From positions 1-64,000 of the forward strand of contig JBOEGD010000022.1 of assembly GCA_050633245.1 (NCBI GenBank): 64,000 bases of DNA, given 5' to 3'. The translations under genes were made by a program, and so were the position numbers. Below, piece by piece: positions 59,104 through 64,000 of this stretch (position 1 is the stretch's first letter; each line of letters begins with the position of its first letter). Under the pieces are notes generated by a model. That model was not told where the DNA came from, did not search any database, and saw only the letters and a program-made list of their open reading frames with translations. The stretch is from Calditrichia bacterium. Its GTDB lineage: Bacteria; Calditrichota; Calditrichia; RBG-13-44-9; J075.

Positions 59104-59982
59104 ATGCAGCCTCCTGTTGAAAATGAAAAGCCACAGTGGCCAACTCCCTTTGAGGCGGTATTAGTTTTGGTTGGTAGTATGTTTTTTATGGCATTGCTGC
59201 ACTCTATTTATTTAGTGGCTGTCGGGGTGGAAGACCCATCCGCAATGCTTAGTTCGATGGAACTTAAACTATTTACGATCACCGGTGGTTTGTCCATTGG
59301 AGTGTTTCCCCTCATTTTTGCGCGAATTCGTGAATACGATGTTGTTAGTCTTTTTCGTCTGAATCCACTTGAACCGGGAATTATTTTATATGGAGTGGGA
59401 ATTGGACTCTGTCTTGCCGTTTTGGGAGATGAAGTAAGTCGACTTGTCGAATTAGCGTTTCCGGTTCCCGAAGAGATCAGAGAGAATCTCGCCAAGACGG
59501 TAATTGCGGAATCCTTCGCTGAATTCATTGTTTTGTTTATTGGAGTGGTTATAATTGCTTCTGTTGTGGAAGAAGCGCTCTTCCGAGGTTTTCTGCAAGT
59601 AAGCATGGAAAAGCAGATTGATGTAACTCGTGCCGTGGTTATCAGCACTGTTGCCTGGGCAGCAATGCACTTAAATCCGGAAATGCCGGCCATTGCCATT
59701 CCATTACTGTTGTCGGGCTTTATTTCAGGTTATCTGGCATGGCGAACCAACAGCATTGTTTTACCGATTGCCATTCACGCCGTGAATAACTTGCTGGCAC
59801 TGATATATTACAATATGGATTTTGAAGAGATTTTCTTCTTTTATGCCTGGAATGGCCACGTTTCGCCTATTTTGATAATCGGCTGTATTGCAGGATTATA
59901 CGTCATGCTTACAAGGCTGGACGCTTACTATAGCGCGATGTTGCGATCTTCCAGCACAGGAGATGAAGGCTCAGGAAGCTGA
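59104..59982 (+). CDS. CPBP (Abi/CAAX) intramembrane metalloprotease
   Basis: EEALFRG, WAAMH, HAVNN motifs; multiple TM helices. Confidence 0.92.
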   Translation: MQPPVENEKPQWPTPFEAVLVLVGSMFFMALLHSIYLVAVGVEDPSAMLSSMELKLFTITGGLSIGVFPLIFARIREYDVVSLFRLNPLEPGIILYGVGIGLCLAVLGDEVSRLVELAFPVPEEIRENLAKTVIAESFAEFIVLFIGVVIIASVVEEALFRGFLQVSMEKQIDVTRAVVISTVAWAAMHLNPEMPAIAIPLLLSGFISGYLAWRTNSIVLPIAIHAVNNLLALIYYNMDFEEIFFFYAWNGHVSPILIIGCIAGLYVMLTRLDAYYSAMLRSSSTGDEGSGS

Positions 59983-60623
59983 ACCGGGTTTTTGCGAAAA
60001 TACTCGAGTAGATTTTCCTCTGCATTCTTCACATCTATTGCACGGCTGTTTTTGAGCGTATCGCAGACTGCTTGCGGCGTTACGTTTTCCCGTTCTGCAA
60101 CCTCCCGATATGTGCCTAAATCCTTATAGCTCCAGAACAGTCGATAATGGCGCTCATTCCAGCGTTTACGAATGGCTGTAATTAGTTGAAAAATTGTATT
60201 GGTGAGCATGTCGAGGGCAGGGTTTTCAGAGAGAATGCTGTAAGCGTATTTTTTCTTTTTGGCTGTATGCAGGGCGTTACTGGCGCGATGAAAGGCCGGA
60301 CCGTCCATCTCAATAGGTAAAATACCACCCATCTTATAAACCTTGCCGATCCCAAGGCCAAAGCGTAACTGTACCGGGGCCGTCAGCTTTTCCAGCGCCA
60401 AAACAATTCTAAAGGCGGTTTCCAGATCATTCAATAGTCCCTGAAACTCATCTCCCTTGGAAATTGTAATTGGAGCTTCTAACTGATCTTTGAACTCTTC
60501 ATTAATCTGCACAACAGCAGACTTTACAAAGAGTTGCGTTTTGTAGCGGTTGCGGCTTGTCAACTGCTTTGAGCCGCTGATGTCACCAATCATTACTACA
60601 TACTTTTTGTTTTCAGATTCCAT
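59928..60623 (-). CDS. SatD-family protein
   Basis: IGDISGS, GDEFQG, LRFGLGIG, MDGPAFHRA, C-terminal HTH. Confidence 0.9.
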   Translation of the reverse strand: MESENKKYVVMIGDISGSKQLTSRNRYKTQLFVKSAVVQINEEFKDQLEAPITISKGDEFQGLLNDLETAFRIVLALEKLTAPVQLRFGLGIGKVYKMGGILPIEMDGPAFHRASNALHTAKKKKYAYSILSENPALDMLTNTIFQLITAIRKRWNERHYRLFWSYKDLGTYREVAERENVTPQAVCDTLKNSRAIDVKNAEENLLEYFRKNPVQLPEPSSPVLEDRNIAL

Positions 60624-60862
60624 TTGAACCCCTGGGTTTATGAATCGGACAACAAATAATTTTGAAGATCATGCCCGGAAGATGTTCATAAAGCGATCTT
60701 CTTCACTAGGTATCGTCATAATCGACAGCCATTTTTAGCAAACAGATTGGCGGCAGCCAGATCGTACTACATTCCTGCATCATTCCATTTCAGCAATTTT
60801 ACACCGTTAGCTGGAATCCCCAAGTTCACATCCAGTGAAACAATCTACAGGGCGATATGCAA

Positions 60863-60888
60863 AAAATCAAGGCTATAAACTTGATTTT
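60863..60888. promoter_or_regulatory. Palindromic operator-like site upstream of the SatD gene
   Basis: AAAATCAAG-gctataaa-CTTGATTTT. Confidence 0.45.
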
Positions 60889-61084
60889 CTGTAGAACGAG
60901 CATTTTGTGAGCTAATTCCATGACTTATGCATAGTTATAGATATATATTCGGAATACAGGTGTCAGGTGTCAGAACTCGGAAGTGTTTGTCTTTCTTGCT
61001 ATTCACGTCTTGCCTCTCGCTTTTCGCTTCTGCCATTGAACTTTGAACTTTGAACTGACGTAATAGAATAAACTTGAGGAAATC

Positions 61085-61777
61085 ATGAAATTCATATTTG
61101 TCCTAATCCTAGCGGCTTTAGTATCATCGTGTATGCAGAATACCGATGCAATTGGTCAGGGACCTGATGAGGATCAGGCAACATATCGTCTGGTTTTTGC
61201 GACGACCTGGGATGCCACAACTTTTGCAACAAACTTCCCGGCAAATCGCCATTTCTCCGGACTTATTGGTGCGACTCATAATGCTCCGGGCGATTTCTGG
61301 AAAGATGGTGAGCTGGCCTCAATCGGCATTCAGCGCGTCGCAGAGCTTGGAGCTAAAGATTCGTTAATAGTTGAGGTCATGCAGGCAATTTCTTCCGGCT
61401 CGGCCGATTCATTGCTGAGTGGTGGGGATATACCCTTGACTGCGGATTCAACTGTAATGATGTTTACCGTTCATCAGGATTATCCGTTCGTAACGCTCGT
61501 TTCGATGGTCGCCCCCAGCCCGGATTGGTTTGTGGGAGTTGGTGGGCTGAACATGATCGAACAAAATGAGTGGCGTGATACCTTCACGCTGCAGCTTCCG
61601 GTGTATGACTCCGGCACAGATGACGGACTTCGGTTTACGTCAGGTAATTTGGAGGCCTCGCCAAAATCAGCGATTCAACGGCTTAGTAGCGATGCATCGG
61701 ATACCGATTTCAGCGATGGCATTCATCGAACAGAGTTTACCTATATTGCAACGTTTAAGTTTGAGCGGGTTGAATAG
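61085..61777 (+). CDS. Spondin_N-domain lipoprotein
   Basis: HFSGLIGATH, AELG, SMVAPSPDWFVG, YDSGTD; lipobox VSSC. Confidence 0.9.
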   Translation: MKFIFVLILAALVSSCMQNTDAIGQGPDEDQATYRLVFATTWDATTFATNFPANRHFSGLIGATHNAPGDFWKDGELASIGIQRVAELGAKDSLIVEVMQAISSGSADSLLSGGDIPLTADSTVMMFTVHQDYPFVTLVSMVAPSPDWFVGVGGLNMIEQNEWRDTFTLQLPVYDSGTDDGLRFTSGNLEASPKSAIQRLSSDASDTDFSDGIHRTEFTYIATFKFERVE

Positions 61778-61853
61778 TATCAGGTGCCAGGAGAAGGCAG
61801 TAAGGCAGTAAGGTAATGACAAACGGTCAGCAGTCTCTTCTCGCTTCTCGCTG

Positions 61854-61909
61854 ATAATTCATAATTCATAATTCATCACTCATAATTCATCACTCATAAT
61901 TCATCAATT
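61854..61909. repeat. Heptamer tandem repeat (ATAATTC/ATCACTC) x8
   Basis: Directly visible. Confidence 0.85.
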
Positions 61910-61920
61910 CTAAGTGGCCT

Positions 61921-62415
61921 ATGTATCCAAAACGAATCGAACCAAAGCCCGGACAAGAATCCGTTTGGGATTATCCTCGTCCCCCTCGCCTGGAAAAATT
62001 TTCTAAACCCATTCAGATTATGTTTAACGGCGTCGAAATTGTAAATACCATTCGTGCATTTCGCGTTCTGGAGACCACCCATCCGCCGGTCTATTATTTA
62101 CCGCCGGACGATATTCAGATGGGCCATCTGGTAAAAGCTCCGGGACAGAGTTGGTGCGAGTGGAAGGGCCGGGGACGCTATTATTCCGTTCAGGTCGGCG
62201 AAAAAGTTGCTACCTCTGTGGGCTGGTATTATTCCAACCCTGCCATGGCGTTCAAGGAGATAAAGGATTATGTCGCCTTCTATGCCGGGCCAATGGAAAG
62301 GTGTACGGTTGACGGAGAAGTGGTGTTGCCTCAACCGGGGGACTTTTACGGAGGTTGGATAACGGCGAATATTGTTGGGCCGTTTAAGGGTGGCCCCGGA
62401 AGCATGGGATGGTAG
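61921..62415 (+). CDS. DUF427-family protein
   Basis: ESVWDYPRPP, LETTHPPVYY, CEWKG, FYGGWIT. Confidence 0.93.
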   Translation: MYPKRIEPKPGQESVWDYPRPPRLEKFSKPIQIMFNGVEIVNTIRAFRVLETTHPPVYYLPPDDIQMGHLVKAPGQSWCEWKGRGRYYSVQVGEKVATSVGWYYSNPAMAFKEIKDYVAFYAGPMERCTVDGEVVLPQPGDFYGGWITANIVGPFKGGPGSMGW

Positions 62416-62448
62416 TGGTTATAACATATTTCAGGGAGAGAAAGAAAC

Positions 62449-63375
62449 ATGAAGCAGGGATGGCTTTGGTTTATTTTGTTTACCGTGTGGCTGGGATACA
62501 CAGATTTGGCTGCATGTGAGTGCTGTGCCGATAGATTGACGACGCATGGTGGTAGTTTCGGCACTGAACTTCTACCCATGGAGCTTAAAACGCTGGAGTC
62601 GTTACAGCTGAGTGGCAGATTGGCTCTTCATTCAAGTGAGCGCGACCCGGTGATTCCGGTCCCCTCAATAAGCATGAAAGGCTTTGTAAAATCCGATACG
62701 CTTTTTTTTATCGGATATAGCGGTAAAAAACAAGTCGGGAGTGCATTTGTTCTCCTACCGCTTCAAATTCAGGAATTTCACACCGATTTGCGGCTTATTT
62801 ATCCTGCTGCTGCCTCAAAAAAGAAAACCACCTTATACAAAGAAGCCCGTTTTAACGGAAAGTTGGAAATAAATGCTAAGCTGCGCCGGCACCTTGGATT
62901 GCAAATGGGCGAGGCTGTTCGGCTTGTGCTTCACGGCGTTGGAGATAAATGTTGGAAGATAGAACAGTTTCATAGCTGGACCATGCAATATGATTATCAA
63001 CACGATGGAGTTGAGTTGGTGGGGTTTGGTTATGGAATGATTAATCGTGTTACAAAAAAACAGCTGACCAGTCGAAAAAGTAGCGCGCTGCCGAATCTGT
63101 CTGCCGGCGCGGTGGAAACTAATCCGAAATCGACTCCAATTACCGCAGCGAAAAAAGTAAAAAAGCAACAAGAAGCTGTGCCGATTCAAGCTGTTGCAAT
63201 GCGCGGTAGTAAGTTTCATATAGTCGAAGCTGGACAGACGGTCTATCGCATTGCCTTGATTCATGGATTGAATGTAGATGATCTGGCGCGTTGGAACAAT
63301 ATTTCTCCGCCCAATTACATTGTTAAGATTGGACAGAAAATTCTGCTTCAGCCCCCTTCAGATTTACAGAAATAA
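62449..63375 (+). CDS. Exported protein with a C-terminal LysM domain
   Basis: Signal peptide; HIVEAGQTVYRIA...LARWNNI...IVKIGQKI. Confidence 0.8.
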   Translation: MKQGWLWFILFTVWLGYTDLAACECCADRLTTHGGSFGTELLPMELKTLESLQLSGRLALHSSERDPVIPVPSISMKGFVKSDTLFFIGYSGKKQVGSAFVLLPLQIQEFHTDLRLIYPAAASKKKTTLYKEARFNGKLEINAKLRRHLGLQMGEAVRLVLHGVGDKCWKIEQFHSWTMQYDYQHDGVELVGFGYGMINRVTKKQLTSRKSSALPNLSAGAVETNPKSTPITAAKKVKKQQEAVPIQAVAMRGSKFHIVEAGQTVYRIALIHGLNVDDLARWNNISPPNYIVKIGQKILLQPPSDLQK

Positions 63376-63697
63376 AAAACCGGTGCAGCCAAAGTCACAC
63401 CGGTCGCGGTGTTGTTTGTTCTTCCTCCGGCCAATTAAAGTTGTTTAAGAGCTTCGGATAACTTCTGACTTTACAAGCGATAAGTTACATTGATCTGCCC
63501 ATAATTGGATGGCGCCATCGGCTCCATCCAATACTAATTTCCTGATTGGATTGTTTTGCAAACAAAATCAAGCGAGTTTCGTTAACTAATATCAGACGCG
63601 CTGCATCTGCAATAGTCTTTTGAAAAAGCAGGATAGCTGTTTAAATTATCGCCCTAATACGAACGAACAATGCGATCATATAAAGAATAGAGCCCTC

Positions 63698-64000
63698 ATG
63701 GAAGCCAATGATGCAAACGCGTCGCAACAGCGCGACTATCCGCAGGACGTGGAAATACTTGAAATAGACGGACGTGAGTTTATAATCGTCGGTACCGCGC
63801 ATATCTCGCAGCAATCTGCTGACTTGGTACGTGAGGTGATTGAGAAAGAATCGCCGGATGTGGTTTGTGTAGAGCTCGATGCGCAGCGATTTAAGGCTTT
63901 GTCTGAGAAGAAGCGCTGGGAATCGCTCGATCTGAAAACCATTATTCGACAAAAACAGCTTAGCACGCTGATGGTGAATCTACTTTTGGGATCTTATCAG
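63698..64000 (+). CDS. TraB/GumN (PrgY)-family protein, N-terminal part
   Basis: Not in the ORF track. Manual translation: ...IIVGTAHISQQSADLVREVIEKESPDVVCVELD... Confidence 0.88.
   Translation, partial: MEANDANASQQRDYPQDVEILEIDGREFIIVGTAHISQQSADLVREVIEKESPDVVCVELDAQRFKALSEKKRWESLDLKTIIRQKQLSTLMVNLLLGSYQ

Noticed and set aside
63641-63966. Minus-strand ORFs at the window end
   Set aside because: Shadows of the plus-strand TraB-family gene.

Overview
Bacterial chromosomal window. Four secreted proteins carry the 'QNxPNPFNPxT' C-terminal sorting domain and a homodimeric-type aceE is present, which suggests a Calditrichota/KSB1/Ignavibacteria-like organism (inference). Left half (1-30.7 kb): accessory region downstream of a tRNA-Phe(GAA) gene (30638-30710, minus strand). 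It holds an innate-immunity-like cluster: a partial LRR protein, a CHAT (caspase-like) protease, an SGNH hydrolase, two NACHT+FGE-sulfatase proteins, an EAD2-like membrane protein, an nSTAND1+21xWD40 protein, and several exported beta-propeller proteins and lipoproteins. Main observation: five of these otherwise unrelated proteins share an ungapped 22-aa motif (R-S-x-x-[VI]-x-G-[DN]-V-x-x-S-[VI]-I-I-T-G-D-x-N-x-V). It lies N-terminal to the NTPase in the three STAND receptors and C-terminal to the effector/adaptor domain in the CHAT and EAD2-like proteins, the geometry of amyloid-templated NLR signalling. Second observation: four partial copies of the tRNA-Phe 3' half are each interrupted at the same T-loop position by a different 74-92 bp multi-hairpin insert with covarying stems and GGA loops, and they separate small cargo blocks. 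A frameshifted integron-integrase fragment with a GTTRRR junction is hidden in one block. Right half (30.8-64 kb): mostly core or ordinary genes (aceE, amidohydrolases, Hsp20 pair, molybdopterin oxidoreductase, TonB receptor, DUF1800/DUF1501, TrmH, SatD, TraB), with GTAG-hairpin repeat arrays (two flanking a four-helix-bundle gene in inverted orientation) and 7/14-bp tandem repeats. All family calls come from motif recognition by eye; no searches were run.
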